This document shows, piece after piece, positions 42,192-56,472 of a stretch of 64,000 nt of DNA. Within the stretch, counting starts at the first letter, position 1. Every line of letters begins with the position of its first letter. This DNA comes from the human T2T-CHM13v2.0 reference genome, Homo sapiens: assembly GCF_009914755.1 (NCBI RefSeq), contig NC_060925.1; one strand, given 5' to 3'. The notes under the pieces were generated by a model. It made no database searches, had not been told where the DNA came from, and saw only the letters and a program-made list of their open reading frames with translations. Position numbers and translations under genes: made by a program.

Positions 42192-43236
42192 CTAAGGAAT
42201 CTGAAGCCTTTTAATCTGGGTGAGAGGCTACTATAGTAACATGCCTGAATTCCATGTTAGAGAGTCACCGTGGTCACACTGAGGTTCTCTAAGGCTCTTT
42301 CTCTTTTCCCTAATTATAAGAAAAAAGATGAAAGCAGGTTTGCAAGAATCCCAATTGCACTGTATCATACTGGAGGCTTTAGAACTGTCAAAACAAAGTT
42401 TCTAATTTTGACTGTAGTCAAACACTTTCCCACCAAGCAAAAAGAACTCAATATACAGTTTTATTTGTTTTATAAATAGTTTAGTGAAAAGAATAATATA
42501 TGTGACTTGTACTAGCTGAAAAATGTTTGCCTAGTAAAACTTTATCACTGGATGTGAATGTTCTAAGCCTAAAAGACACACAGAAGTAAATAAAATTGAT
42601 GCCACACCTTTACAAAAAACACTTCCTAAATTGCCGGTATCGTGGTGAATGGAATCATTTAACAAGTTACTGTCAGACAAGTGAAAACTCCTGTCACCTT
42701 CTACGGGATTTTTCAGAATATGCTCCCTAGATACTCAAGCTCCTACAAAGGTCAATCAGTTGATGAATCAATAGCTATTCTACAGGAAATCTCCATCACC
42801 ATAATTATCTGACCCAGACAATTTCAGTGATTTTTTTTTTTACTATTCTCAATCAATTTGTTCTTTTTTGTACAATATTTTCAACGAAGTGATTTGAAAA
42901 TATTTTTATAAACTAATAAGAGAGAAAAACGTGACACATAGCATTATAGTGTACAAAAGCCTAAGATCTACTAATTACTAGGAATATGATTAGAGAAAGT
43001 TATAAAATCTTTTCTGTCTTATTATTTGCAACTGAAACATGGGAATGAAAGGTAACAAACTCAAAAATTGTTGTGAAGATTAAATTAGGTAATATATGGA
43101 AAGGGTAATTGTCAAGTATGTACCTGCACATAACAGGCATTCAGTAAATAGAAGTCCTTTTATTTTTTGTGGCTCTCTTCAGTTTGCGCTCCACCAGTCT
43201 CACTGCTACCCCAATTTCCCAACAGATAGGTGGCAG

Positions 43237-43240
<4 letters not shown>

Positions 43241-43270
<30 letters not shown>
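43241..43270. repeat. (AC)15 microsatellite
   Basis: Pure AC run. Confidence 0.95.
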
Positions 43271-43275
<5 letters not shown>

Positions 43276-43298
43276 TGCACACACGCACATGTGCACAA

Positions 43299-43422
43299 GG
43301 CTTCAAAAGTATGTTACTATTATAATGTTTCTACGAATAAATTGGATAGATGGTAAAAATGAACCCCCACCTTTTATTATTAATATCCCAATTCTGGATA
43401 ACCGTTTCTCTGTATTCTGGGT
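43299..43422 (+). repeat. Dispersed 124-bp direct repeat, copy 2
   Basis: Matches 38730-38853. Confidence 0.93.
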
Positions 43423-44238
43423 GGGAGAGAAATCCCAGCACATATGTCATAAACCAAGTGCTGGAGGTGCCTGAGCCTTCATCCTTTGTTATAGCATAGG
43501 GGTAAATAACCCAAGCTACAGCAGTCAGGCTGGCAACAGAAGTTTGAATTTTACAAGCATAACACAAAGAAGAAGGGGGTTTTTAGACATTGGATTCATC
43601 ACAGAGGCATGCAGCAAACATTTTTCCAGCAGGACTTTGGCTGTGCAGCCTGAAGTTCATCATCAAGAACATCCTGGGTCTTGCCTGTTTTCCAAACCTG
43701 ACCTGCCAGATTTCTCTGGACTCTGTGAGCTCCTGAAATCCTTCTACATATGCTCTTTGCACTTGGAGTCACAGTTGGTTGTTTGCAACCCAGAACCATG
43801 TCTAAGGAGGAGGGTAGAATTCTGAAGTCAGAAGATATTCCATGCTTCCTGATATTGATCTGTAGCAAAATTTAATTAGAAATAGATGCTAGAGAAAAGA
43901 ATTTTAAAATGTTCCCTAATGTCTTTTATAGAGCAAAAGCTAATATTAAGAAATTTGCTTTTGGATCCAGGCAAATCCCTAGTCTATTCTTGGAGAAAAT
44001 TACTACCATTAAATAAATTCAAAAGTCTGCCACCCAGCATGTTGGCCGTTAGCACAGCTACTGATTTATAAAGAAAAAGCTGGTTGCCAGAATAACATAA
44101 AACCCAGACTACAACTCATCCTTTATGGAAAAATCAAGAAAGAACTTCTTTTTTCTTCTCTAGTCATCTCACTATGGTGTTAATGGAGTATTCGTGAGAT
44201 TTTCGTCTTATAAGGCCACCTCTCATTATACTCTTACT

Positions 44239-44289
44239 TCTGGAAAATTCTCTGAGCCTGAATCTGGAAAATTCTCTGAGCCTGAATCT
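44239..44289. repeat. Perfect 24-bp tandem duplication
   Basis: TCTGGAAAATTCTCTGAGCCTGAA x2 plus TCT. Confidence 0.95.
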
Positions 44290-45269
44290 TTCCTCATAGC
44301 CTAGAAAACTCATACTAGTCTTTGAAAATGCAACTTTGTCATCTATGACTGTTTCTTGTGTTTATAAAACAAAACAATAGAAAAAATCTATGATGTCTAA
44401 ACAGTGCTTCAAGATGATGTATTCAGTAAAATATTGTATTATTATAAAAGCAAAATTAAAACCTCACATGTAGACCACAAATATAAACTTATTAACTTGA
44501 AGCTTTGAAAAAAGAACACAAGACCTAGCCAAAGAGCTGCAAAGCTATGGCTTAGGCTGGTTCCTTAGGAGCAGAGCCTGAAGTGGGGATTCTGATACAT
44601 AGCAAGAAGCTGAAGTTAGAGTCTCAGAAAGAGACAGTGCTGGCTTCCATCTTCTATAAGGCCACCTCCACTCTTCACACTCCTGCAATTTATGTGAATC
44701 AAGCAACTCCCCCTACCTTTTTATATTTATTTATTTGCTTAAGCTAGTTTGCATTAGTTTTCGATCATTTGCAGCCAAACAATCCTGATTTTAAAAGTAG
44801 GGAGTATTAATTTGAGAACTGCTCTCCTTTTAGGAGAAAAAGAGGCCAACAGTAACCAGAACCCGTTTAGAAAGAACAATGACAACAAAAAGTTTCTTCT
44901 GAGACCTAGCCTGGAAATCAGCATGCTCCAGATCTTCTGGGGATCACGAATCTTATGACATTCTATTATTTTATAAGCAAATTTTGGTAACTTCTGTGTC
45001 TCTGTGTGACTGTTCTGATTCATGTCTCAGAAAAAAGGAAATAACATCTATTAGATCAAATTTACCTCCTAATTCTCTCTTCCTAGTTGTGTAAGCTTAG
45101 AGCAGTCACTTCCTTCTTGGGGAGCCAAATGGAAAGCCATATGTAGATAGCTGGCCACCTCAAAACCAAAGGCCTGGAGAGGAAGAGAGAGGTCCTATTT
45201 CTTGTCAGAGTCATAGGACAGGGATTAGAGAAATTTCAAAATGTCTGGCAAACTGTCTCCAAAACACTA

Positions 45270-45630
45270 TGTCAATATGGGTACTTCACTCCAATCCCAG
45301 TTGTCACCGCCTCTTACCTGGATGACTTCAACAGCCTTCTACCTGGTGTCCCTGTTCCCACACATACCTTTCTGCAATCCAGCTCCACATAGCTGCCAGA
45401 AGGATGCTTCAGGCTTTATTCTGGCACACTGCTTCATTTTCTTAATGGTATTTATCACAATCACTAGACTTCTAGTTTATTTATTGCCTCTCTCCTTCCA
45501 CTAGAATGCTAATTCCCTGAGAGCATGAAACTAGCCTAATTCACTGCCATATTTCCAGCACCTAGAACTGTGCCTGACACATTGTATGGACTCAATAAAC
45601 AAATACTGATTGCATGCATGGATAAATGAA
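45270..45630 (+). mobile_element. L2 3' end
   Basis: CACTAGAATG..CCAGCACCTAGAAC.GTGCCTGACAC..CTCAATAAA. Confidence 0.75.
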
Positions 45631-46749
45631 TTCTGAATGGTTCTCAGCTTTGTTTCTTTTTTTGAAAATTAAAGATGGAAAATGCTGCTGCTTTTTTTTT
45701 TGAGTCAATTTCAAGTTTCTCCAGGAAATCGTCTTAAAGACAACACATTCCTTGAGGACAAGGGTCACGTCATTGTAGCACTACCTTACACACAATCAGT
45801 ATTCAATAAGTGTCTGCTAAATAAATTATAAATCATGGCTCCTCCTTCTGCCGTGGTCAAGGTAATTTTTTGTTATTTTTCTGCTTAAAAACTTAGTAGA
45901 ACTCCTCATTACCTAATAATATAATGCTGCATTAGTAATACTACTCTGTATAGTTATTGGTATAGTATTTTTATCTTTAAAAATTAAAAAAACCTTTAAA
46001 AATAAAAGATGTCTTTAAGTAAATTTAGTATTGTTATGATGTGTCTGTATCTGGATTCTTTATCTGGCCAGCATTTTGATAGGATTTCTTTGTAATTTGG
46101 TGGAGGTAATATTAGTTTTATCTTATTTTATTTTGAGTGAGAAGAATCTTATTTTAAAACTCATTTATGTGAGTTATCATATTAATAACTACAAAACAAT
46201 GATTTATACTAGCAGGGAAAAACTGTTAAAGTTTTTAAACCTAATATTTTAATCTAACATTTTTATCGCTAAATTTTCTTTTAATGTGTTCCTTTTGTCA
46301 TTTATTGATTTTCCTGGATTTGACATAACAGGTATTTTATAAGATGATATATATGCTACCTTTTGTTCACATAAATTGAAATAGCTAAGTCCCTTTATGT
46401 TTGCCATATTTACCAAAGTACCTGGCACAAAATGCACCAGAATCTAGGGCAGTCATTTTATGTAAATGCACATGAGTTTACATTGCTAATATAATTGTTG
46501 ATCCACTTATAACTTGTGCAATAAAGTATGTATGCAGTGACTGAGTTGTCAGTAAAAAATGTAACCTCTTTGTGATAAAACATAATAGTAAAATAAAAAT
46601 AAATGTAGTATTGCTCTAACTAATCCAAGAGCTAGTATTAGCACCGAAGGGTGGAAGCAAAAGGGAGGACAGATTCTGACTCAGTCAATATAAGGGAAAT
46701 GAATTTTTCTAATACAAAGAACAGCTCAAGATGAATTGGGGTATTCTAA

Positions 46750-47005
46750 GGCATCATGGCATGGAGGAAACATGGACAAATGAATTCTAAATGGTTCTCA
46801 GCTTTGTTTCTTTATTGAAAATTTATTGGCCTTTCAATCCCAGCCTGTCTACTTAATAGCTTTGCTACCTTGAACAAATCACTCAACTCCTCTCAGCTTT
46901 AGTTTTCTCATCATAATAACTTTGGCGACAAAAATGCCTATCTCATAGGGTTATTGCAAGAAATTTTAAAAAAAGTATGTGTGAGAAAGAGCCTGGCACA
47001 ATCTT
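46750..47005 (+). mobile_element. MIR (carrying a 53-bp insertion), flanked by L3/CR1-like sequence
   Basis: AATCCCAGC..ACCTTGAACAAATCACTCAAC..AGTTTTCTCATC..CCTATCTCATAGGGTTATTG. Confidence 0.7.
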
Positions 47006-48357
47006 GGCTCTAAGAAAATTCCTAGAGTTCTTGAAAGGTAAAAAATTTCCTATTATTAAGGGTGTTCAACAAAGTGTAAACAAAGCTGGAACAATTTCAC
47101 TAAGAATATTCTAGAAAGATATCAAATATTAGATGAGTTGTTTTCCTAAACGAGGTTTGTGAATTCAGGTTTTATAATGCACACTCTCTTATTTTACAAA
47201 TATAGAACAGTATAGAAAATCAATACAAATTGCCCAAAATGAAATACAAATTCTCATTCCTAATCTTAAGCAATCTACTTATGTGTTTCTCCCTTTCCCT
47301 TCAGTCTCTATTTGACTATATCTATAGTTTTTGACATTCTCAAATGTACTTCTACAAAAACAGATCTGCTTACCATTCCCAGCACATCTGGTTCAATATT
47401 TTCCGTGGTGCATCTGCACAGATCCACTGCTGCTTCCCCTCTCTCACCGATTCTAGGCCAAGCTACTTCCCACTCCTCTTTTAAAGCAACATTTAAGGAA
47501 GAAGGCTTTTCTTTATATTAATGTCTCTACATCTCCATCTGTCCTCAGTACTCGAGGGCTCTGATGCTCTACCCATCTAATCCATTAGGCAACCTTAAGT
47601 GGTCTTAAAACATGAAGCAGATCAAATCATTCCCCTACAGCTTTCAGTTGTTTTTCATTGTACTTGTGGTAGAAATCTAAACTCCCAAACAAAAATGACA
47701 AGGTTGTGAATTATCTGGCCCTGCCTCCCTCCCTAGCTGGCCTTGCAGGCAATCTCTTTTTTACTCACTCTAATCCATCCATCTGGCCTTCTTTCAGTTC
47801 CTCCAATGCTTCCAGTGTATTCCTGCACTGACACCTTCACATACTGCTCTTTCTTCCTTGAGGTCTTATCTTGTAAGACTCGTCATAAATGACCTTTTTC
47901 CCAGAGATGCCCTCCCTAATCCCAATGCATCAGTAGGAGATCTTCCTTGACACTCTCTCAAATTACCTTTCTCTTGCCTTCATAAAGTGCTCGTTTTTGA
48001 TGTATAAAAAGGTATGCCAGCATCCATCTGCACTTCTCTGGTCAAGTGGGCAGAACAAATTACATTGGAGCAGAAGTTTCAGAAGAATTACTTATTCTGG
48101 TAAATTTGGAATCATTAGCTTTACACAGGGGAAATTGTGTGGTATACCAAAGGAAAACCCACACAACACTCTGTGGTCACTTGGGAAGAGGTAGATGGTG
48201 CTTAAGGGGCCCAGGGACTTCTGGTCAAAGAGGAGATCAAGAAACTGAACCTCTTCTCTCAAGATTTGAAGCCAAAAAACTTGGAGCAGAGTGGATTTGG
48301 CCACATTCACTACAGGGAAAAGACATACAAGCCTTAAAAGAAAACTTAGAGAAAGGG

Positions 48358-48540
48358 AAAAACTGGGTATGATGGTGCACAACTAATAGTACAACTATGC
48401 AGAGGCTGAGGCTGGAGGATCACTTGAGCCCAATAGTTCAAGGCTGCAGTGAGCTATGATCACACCACTGTACTATAGCCTGGGTGACAGAGCAAGACCC
48501 TATCTCAAAATAAAATAAATTAATTAAAAATAAAAAATAA
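48358..48540 (+). mobile_element. FRAM/AluJ right monomer
   Basis: GAGGATCACTTGAGCCC..GCTGCAGTGAGCTATGATC with an A tail. Confidence 0.88.
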
Positions 48541-48548
48541 AAGAAAGG

Positions 48549-48840
48549 GGCCAGGCACAGTGGCTCACACCTGTAATCCCAGCCCTTTGGGAGGCCGAGG
48601 TGGGCGGATCACAAGGTCAGGAGATCGAGACCATCCTGGCTAACACGGTGAAACCCCGTCTCTACCAAAAATACAAAAACTAGCCGGGTGTGGTGGTGGG
48701 CTCCTGTAGTCCCAGCTATTGGGGAGGCTGAGGCAGGAGAATGGCATGAACCCAGGAGGCGGAGCTTGCAGTGAGCCGAGATCGTGCTACTGTACTCCAG
48801 CCTGGGTGACAGAGCGAGACTTTGTCTCAAAAAAAAAAAA
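48549..48840 (+). mobile_element. AluY SINE
   Basis: CCATCCTGGCTAACACGG; GAATGGCATGAACCC; flanking AAGAAAGG duplication. Confidence 0.95.
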
Positions 48841-49300
48841 GAAAGGGAAAGACACATTTCTCAGGAGATAATCTGAGTACCACCCAGAGCCTAATGATCC
48901 CAGAAGTAAGGCTGATTCTAGAGCAGCATGTGGCCTGAGGTCAGCAGCCCTTTGAGTCCATGTACTCACTCTGGCAGTGTTTGTGCTCTGGAGAATTGCA
49001 GCTGAGCATTACAGCTGGAGTCACAGGTGTGAATTAATGTGCTCCCTAATTATGGAGTCCAAGCACAGACCCAGTACAGTTGGGGCCAAGCGTGTTCCAT
49101 TAGGGCCATCATGCTGCACTGGACCAGCCGTGTCCTGCCCACATGAGGCCAATCTCATGTGTGATAGTAAGGGCAACCACAGTAAGACCTATCCGACTAG
49201 TTACATTGGCTTATTGGAACGACTGATTATCTACTGTCTGTCTACCTTAGTAGACTGAAAGCTATGTGAAGGAAGATAGCATTCCATTTGGCTTACCATC

Positions 49301-49420
49301 GAGGCTACCACGTAGAGCTGCACAGATTGCATACTGCTCAACTCCAAAGATTGTCATTGTCTTACAATATAATGTGAATAGCACTCTCTCGAGCAACGTA
49401 ACTGCTCAACCTTTATAGCT
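49301..49420. mobile_element. MER91-like (hAT-Tip100) MITE inside an L2 tail
   Basis: TGCACAGATTGCATACTGCTCAACTCC..ATAATGTGAATAGCAC. Confidence 0.5.
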
Positions 49421-51380
49421 AAATGAATCCGTGCTGACCACCACTGTATTACCAGAGTGATGAGAGTGGCAGGCACATAACAAGCTCTCAATAAATATTT
49501 ATAGAATCACTGGATAAAAGAATGTGTGATCTATTTTGTCCATTTGCATACATTTCTATGCTTTTTCCTAATAAGTTTTTACGTATTTTCCCCCATATAT
49601 CTGAAATAGTATGTCCAATAGGGACGATTTAATCTATTTAGAGCTACAGGAAGTGAGAACTGAAAGGAGGATTAGAGTCGTTAATCGTTTTATCTTACCG
49701 GTTAGAAAAGGAAAGTCCGGCAAGATAAAGTGACTTAGATCACATGGCAAGGCCATGACCAGATCCAGGTCTCTTGCCATCCAGTGCCTTGTTCTCTCTG
49801 TGGCACTCACTTGCTTCTTTAATAACTTTCTTCTGTTCTTCTTATGAAGCAGAGAGGAGTCCTCACAAGTCGGGGGTCACTTAATCACTGATGCTACTCT
49901 GTGGCTGAGGAGCTGGCTGTTGAGGCATTCTTCTATTTGGGGAAATATGAAAGTGTGTGATCTGCCAGGAGCTCTGACCCAAATAAGGTTGTTGGTAGCA
50001 AGATGTTACCAGTGAAATTTCATACATCAAACAGCAATTAGTGCTCCACTTTACTGTCTTGTGAATTTCTCAGAATGAATCTTATCTTTTACAATCACTC
50101 TTTCATCATTTTCAACATTAATCACACACTTCTTTTTTCCAAATTTTTATGAATCACAACAGCAGCATATTCTCAACCATAGAAAATGACATTTATTATG
50201 TGTTCAGAAAGAGAGACAAAAAGATATACAAATCAAATTTACTCTCAGGATATAACAAAAAATTAGTGGAAAGTATATGTTTTAAATTACACTTAATATT
50301 TGGGGACCAATTATTGCTTGAAATAAACAGGCTTCCAGTTCCAACATGGCCTTTTGTTTTTGTATTACCAAGAGTTTTTAAACAGTAATGGTATCTGGTG
50401 GAGAATTTATCTTGTATCTATATTGCACAACTTTTGCCTAAATTAGTAGGCATTTTCTTTTTTCTAAAAATAAAGTGTGAATACTCAAGCCTCCTCTTCC
50501 ATTTCTGCTACCATTTTTCATTTTAGATCGATGATCCTTCAAATATCTATCATAAAATTAGTTCACTAAAATAATATTTGGATTTTAAGTAAGCACCCAC
50601 ATAAGTCACTGAAATGTCCTCCCTATAAATGTGGTCCCAGAGAATATCTGGAAAGGCCACTGGATAGAAAAATAACACATTGTGCTATTTGCAGGCCGCA
50701 AATAATATTAATGTGTTGTCAGGACCTGGTCAAACTGTATGAAGCAGTTTACAACTCTATGATTCACACACTTTGGTCTGACTTAAGGCTTGTGTAAATT
50801 CAATTCTGGGCTGTCAGTCAGCAGCACAGGTTCTGTTCAGTCCCAACATTTCTAATTGCCTGTGAAAAGATGAAGACAACTGAGGGAGAGACTCTCTCAA
50901 GAAGTTTGCAGAATGACTTGATCCTAGACAACAGTTAGATGCACAATTAGTTCAACTCAAGATTCCATTGAGAATAGGTTTGTGCCCATATAGGATAACA
51001 GGAAGACGACCCTGACTGGAAAGAGCTCACATGAGAGGCTGTGGGTGCTAGCAAGACCCACATTTAACTCCAACACAGAGGAATGACTGTTCAGGTGGGG
51101 AGGGGAACTGTTCACTGCAGATAAGTCCTCCCCTTCTCAGGGCCATCGAGCAGAAAAGAGCATTCCAGACCTGTGACAGAGGTCTTCAGGACACAAGGTA
51201 CTAGCTCTTCCCTCAGGTGTAAGGGAAAGGGGAAATGGGATCAGTGTGTTTTGGAGTTAGAGAGCTAACTAGAAGCTGTAAAAGGGAACAGATTACAGGG
51301 CTGAGAGAATGCAGAGGAGGGATGGTGGCAGGGGGAGGGAAGGAGGGATGAATTACAATACCTTATAAAAATTTAGGCAC

Positions 51381-51766
<386 letters not shown>

Positions 51767-52027
51767 TCAAGCTGTGAAACACTACTTGCCTCCTTTCTCC
51801 AGTTTGCTAGGAGAAAGGTCTATCTCAACACAAGAGTCAACACTACTATCCAGTAAAACATCACAGTGGTATTCCTCATATGGAAGGAATGTTCCCAGCT
51901 TGCTAAAAGGACTCAGTAATAAAGTATTTTCATAGTACTGTATACTACCCCATTATTTTCACATATGTTAATCTTGTTGGTTTTCATTATAACACTGTGA
52001 AATGAGCTGGGTAGGCATTTTTGTTTC

Positions 52028-52208
52028 AGAAAGAAAGAGAGAGAGAGAAAGAAAGAAAGAGAGGGAGGGAGGGAAGAAAGAAAGAAAGAAGGAAAGAAAG
52101 AAAGAAAGAAAAAAAAGAAAGAGAAAGAGAGAAAGAAAAAAAGAAAGAAAAGAGAGAGGAGGAGAGGGAAGGGAAGGGAAGGGAAAGGAAAGGAAAGGAA
52201 GGGAAGGG
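52028..52208. repeat. Homopurine (GAAA)n/(GA)n/(GGAAG)n tract
   Basis: ~180 nt of A/G only. Confidence 0.95.
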
Positions 52209-52310
52209 TTCATAAAGTTATCAAGTGAATTGTCTAAGGCCAAAAGTAATTGCTTATTTACATGGGGCCAGACCCTGTCTTCTGATTTGGTTGCTCAAGT
52301 ATTCAGTCAA

Positions 52311-52614
52311 GGCCAGCGCGGTGGCTCGTGCCTGTAATGCCACAGCACTTTGGGAGGCAGAGGCGAGAGGATCACAGGAGGACAGGAGTTTGAGACCAAA
52401 CTGCCCAACATGGTGAAATCCCGTCTCTAGTAAAAAAAAAATACAAAAATTAGCAGGGCATGTGGTGGTGCATGCCTGTAACCCCAGCTACTCGGGAGGC
52501 TGAGGCACGAGAATCACTTGAACCCAGGAGGCAGAAGTTGCAGTGAGCCCGAGATCATGCCAATGCACTCCAGCCTAGGCAACAGCGAGACTTTGTCTCA
52601 AAAGAAAAAAAAAA
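52311..52614 (+). mobile_element. AluS SINE
   Basis: Full dimer; TSD AAGTATTCAGTCAA. Confidence 0.95.
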
Positions 52615-53072
52615 GTATTCAGTCAATAAACACGTATTGGGCAGACCTTATGTGGTAAGCAATTATGATAGTTCCTAGGAAAAAATAATGTGCAAGACAC
52701 ACACTGTACTTGACCTTAGCAGAACTAAAAGAACAGAAAGACAATAAACCAATGTCTCCAATGAAGTGTGACTCAGACTGTGAAAGGGAAATGCGGGGTA
52801 TCATGAGATCAGGGCACCCAATCACGGCCTAGAGAGGATGAAGGAAGGCTTCGCTAGAAAATGGCTTCTAACTTGAGATCTTAGCCAATCCAAGAGAGGT
52901 GGGTGCTTGGCAGATATTGCTGAATGGCTGAGGGGTAAAGTGGCAATGAAAAATGGAGAAAGAAGTGCTCTGTGTAAAGAGAGCAGGGTGCAGGAATTCA
53001 CAGAGAGTTCCCATGTTGTATGTATCTCAGTCATATGCTGCCCAACTGTCATTTCTGTATAAGAATCAATTA

Positions 53073-53488
53073 CAGATGTTCCTCAACTTAAAACAGGGTT
53101 ACGTCTGGGTAAACTCACTGTCAGTTGAAAATATTGTTAAGTTGAATATATTGTAAGATCAAAGATGCGTTTAATACGTTTAATACACCTAACATACTGA
53201 ACATCATAGCTTAGCCTTGCCTATCTTAAACATGCTCAGAACACTTACATTAGCCTACAGGTGGGCAAAATCATCTGGCAACACAGTCCACTGTGGAGTA
53301 TTGGTTGCTTACCTTGTGTTTGCGTGGCTGACTGGGAGCTGTGCATGCATCACCAAAGAGTATCATACTGCATATCACTAGCCCAATAGAAGATCGCCAT
53401 TCCAAATTCCAAGTACAGTTTCTACTGAATGTGCATTCCTTTCACACCATCATGAAGTTGAAAAAGCATAGGTCAGAGACTGTCTTTA
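53073..53488 (+). mobile_element. MER47 (TcMar-Tigger) DNA transposon
   Basis: TA-CAGATGTTCCTCAACTTA...GAACATCATAGCTTAGCC..GCTCAGAACACTTACATTAGCCTACAG.TGGGCAAAATCATCT. Confidence 0.85.
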
Positions 53489-55799
53489 CTATGTTTACAG
53501 TAAAATGTTGCCATATACTTAGGGGACAAGATATAAGAGGAACCCCCCCAAAATGAGGCTCCTTCATTGGTTACCATCTTTATGAAAGTTGGAAGTTTCT
53601 AGGGAAAAGGAGGACTAGAGAGATTGTCTAATGATTCTCAAGAAGCACAGCTGGCAGGAGTTGAAATACAAACTTCCTTCCTGTCTTTTTGTAAAGCAAT
53701 TGGAAAAAATGGGAGAGTAAGAATTTGACATGTTACAGTTGTAGATCTTAGTGTTGTGAGGCATGAATGAGATAAATGTGGAACACTGGCAGGTTGCAAA
53801 AATGTTACGCAGATGTACAGCGTTTTAGGGGGGACTTCCCTGCATTTCTTTCCTGCAATGCAAGGGCAGAACCAAAAACTGAAACTTAGCACCCAGTATC
53901 CCTCACCTACCACCCCTCTGCACCCTCAGATGAATCATAGTCTGTTACAGATGCCTGTGGTGCATATTCCTGAGTGTTAGTCCCAGAAAACTAAACCTAT
54001 GGAAACTTTTATAATTTAGTTGTTGACCTTCACAGCTTGTTCAAAAGAGAAGGGCCAGTGACTCACAATTATATTACAACTTCAGACCATGTGAATTTCT
54101 TCAAAGATGATGGCTTAAGAAGTGTTTAATTCTTGGCTCTTTCTGATAAACTCAAAAGAGTGAAGTCCTCATCTTGTCATTCAGGGACTAACCATCTAAA
54201 TTTGTTTTCTTGAACATTTTTAAAACATCATTCCCATTGATCTAGTGTGCACCCTTTGTTCTCATTGGGCTGGGTTTTGGGACACACTTGCTCTCAGTCA
54301 TGAAGTCATGAAATGAGGTTATGCCAATTCATCTTCCTGGAAATCTCCTCTGGCAAATTCAGACTGACTTTTTTCTGAGAGCCAAAGGCATTAATTACAT
54401 CCTATCTTGTATTATAATTCTTTAAATATTTCACTCATAAATGTGGAAATTCTGCTTTTCTGAACAGATTATAACATTAATCAGTTTTATAATCATAGAA
54501 TATTTTGTTGACCTTCACACCTTTTTCAAAAGAGAAAAATTATAGAATATTTTTCCTACAATGTGGATTCATATGTTTAATCACTTTCTCTGAAGCAACA
54601 TCCTGAATATGGCAGAAAGTTGAGGCAGAAGAGATTAGCAATTGAATAATACTTTTATATGCTATAAAACAACATTATTTCTGAAAATAATTCATCATAC
54701 ATATCTACCACATGTGGCATATTAAAGGCAAATTTCGCTTGTCAAAATACATCAGTGACTCCTTAACTAAAATGAAAAAAAATCACAACTACATTGTGAA
54801 ATATCTTCTTGAACTGAAACATCTCTGTATTTGTGGATACTGAGCAGGGAATTCAGTGGTTCAAGATTAAAGGCAAAAGTTTCTAAGGCTGCTTTTATCC
54901 AGTTCCAAGATTGATGATGAGAAACTGTTTGTTGCTCATACCTCACTTTTCATGATGTTCATAGCTGGCTTTGTATTTACTGTTTTTGAGATAGCTTACA
55001 GTATTAGCCACATTCTACCTGTTTGGGAGTGCCAAGTTATAAAAGTACAAAATGTACTCATAGCTTCCTTTGAACAAAATCCTAAGGTTATTCCCATTTC
55101 TGGAAATTTAGCTATCAGGTCAAACAACTGAGCTATGGTGAGCATCATTCATAAAATATAAAACATAAAATAATGATAAAAATCAAATAGATTGCATTGC
55201 TGGATGAACTGGCTGATTGCAACAGAATGACAATGTGATGCCTTACATAAGCAGTAACTAAAAACTGTAGATCATCTATCATGGTGACATAATTTCCCAC
55301 TGTACTCTCTTAATTTCACATTTTATATTGTATTTTGCAAAATTTCTGAGAAAAAGAAAAAGGAAACAAAGCTTTTGTTTAAGGATACATAAACCTCTAT
55401 TTAAGTATTTATGTAGTGTGAACTTGTAGCTGTTGGGACATTTTCTTATTATGGTGTTTCTGTACTACCAAGTTTTCCTGCAGTAACAACTGAATATTTA
55501 TTATAGTCATGATAGTCTTCCAGGATATACTCAGGGTCCTTTCAAGTAAGAAGTTTGGACAATTAGAATAGTATCCTACACCCAACTTAACGAATGCTAG
55601 CAGGAAACCTATATTACACTCATAGTTAGAAAAAACAGCGTTAATCTCTCATTTTAACACTAATATGCTGAAAATTCAATTCACTAAATTCTAGTGTTTT
55701 TATTCTTATAATTCTCTATTAAGAAAGCAGCTTTGCCAGTTTCTTTTCTTTGTAGTAATTCCAACTTTGTACAGTAAATCTTTTTGAAGATATTTGGAG

Positions 55800-56107
55800 T
55801 TTTTTTTTTGTTTTTTGTTTTTTTTTTAGAGGGAGTCCTGCTCTGTCACCCGTGCTGGAGTGCAGTGGCGTGATCTCGGCTCACAGCAACCTCTGTCTCC
55901 CTAGCCTAGGTAATTCTCCTGCATCAGCCTCCCGAGTAACTGAGATTACAGGCGCATGCCACCATGCCCCGCTAATTTTTGTATTTTTAGTAGAGGCGGG
56001 GTTTGGCCATGTTGGAATGCTGGTCTCGAACTGCTGACCTCAAATGATCCACTCACCTCGGCCTCCCAAAGTGCTGGGATTACAGGCGTGAGCCACTGCG
56101 CCCAGCC
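55800..56107 (-). mobile_element. AluS SINE
   Basis: Full antisense dimer with poly-T. Confidence 0.95.
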
Positions 56108-56127
56108 GATGGAACCATTTTCTTTAA

Positions 56128-56472
<345 letters not shown>

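Noticed and set aside
44207-44680. TATAAGGCCACCTC occurring at ~44209 and ~44655
   Set aside because: Short match, probably related old LTR fragments; cannot be extended convincingly.
51968-52337. K/E/R-rich and F/L/S-rich ORFs
   Set aside because: Translations of the homopurine tract.
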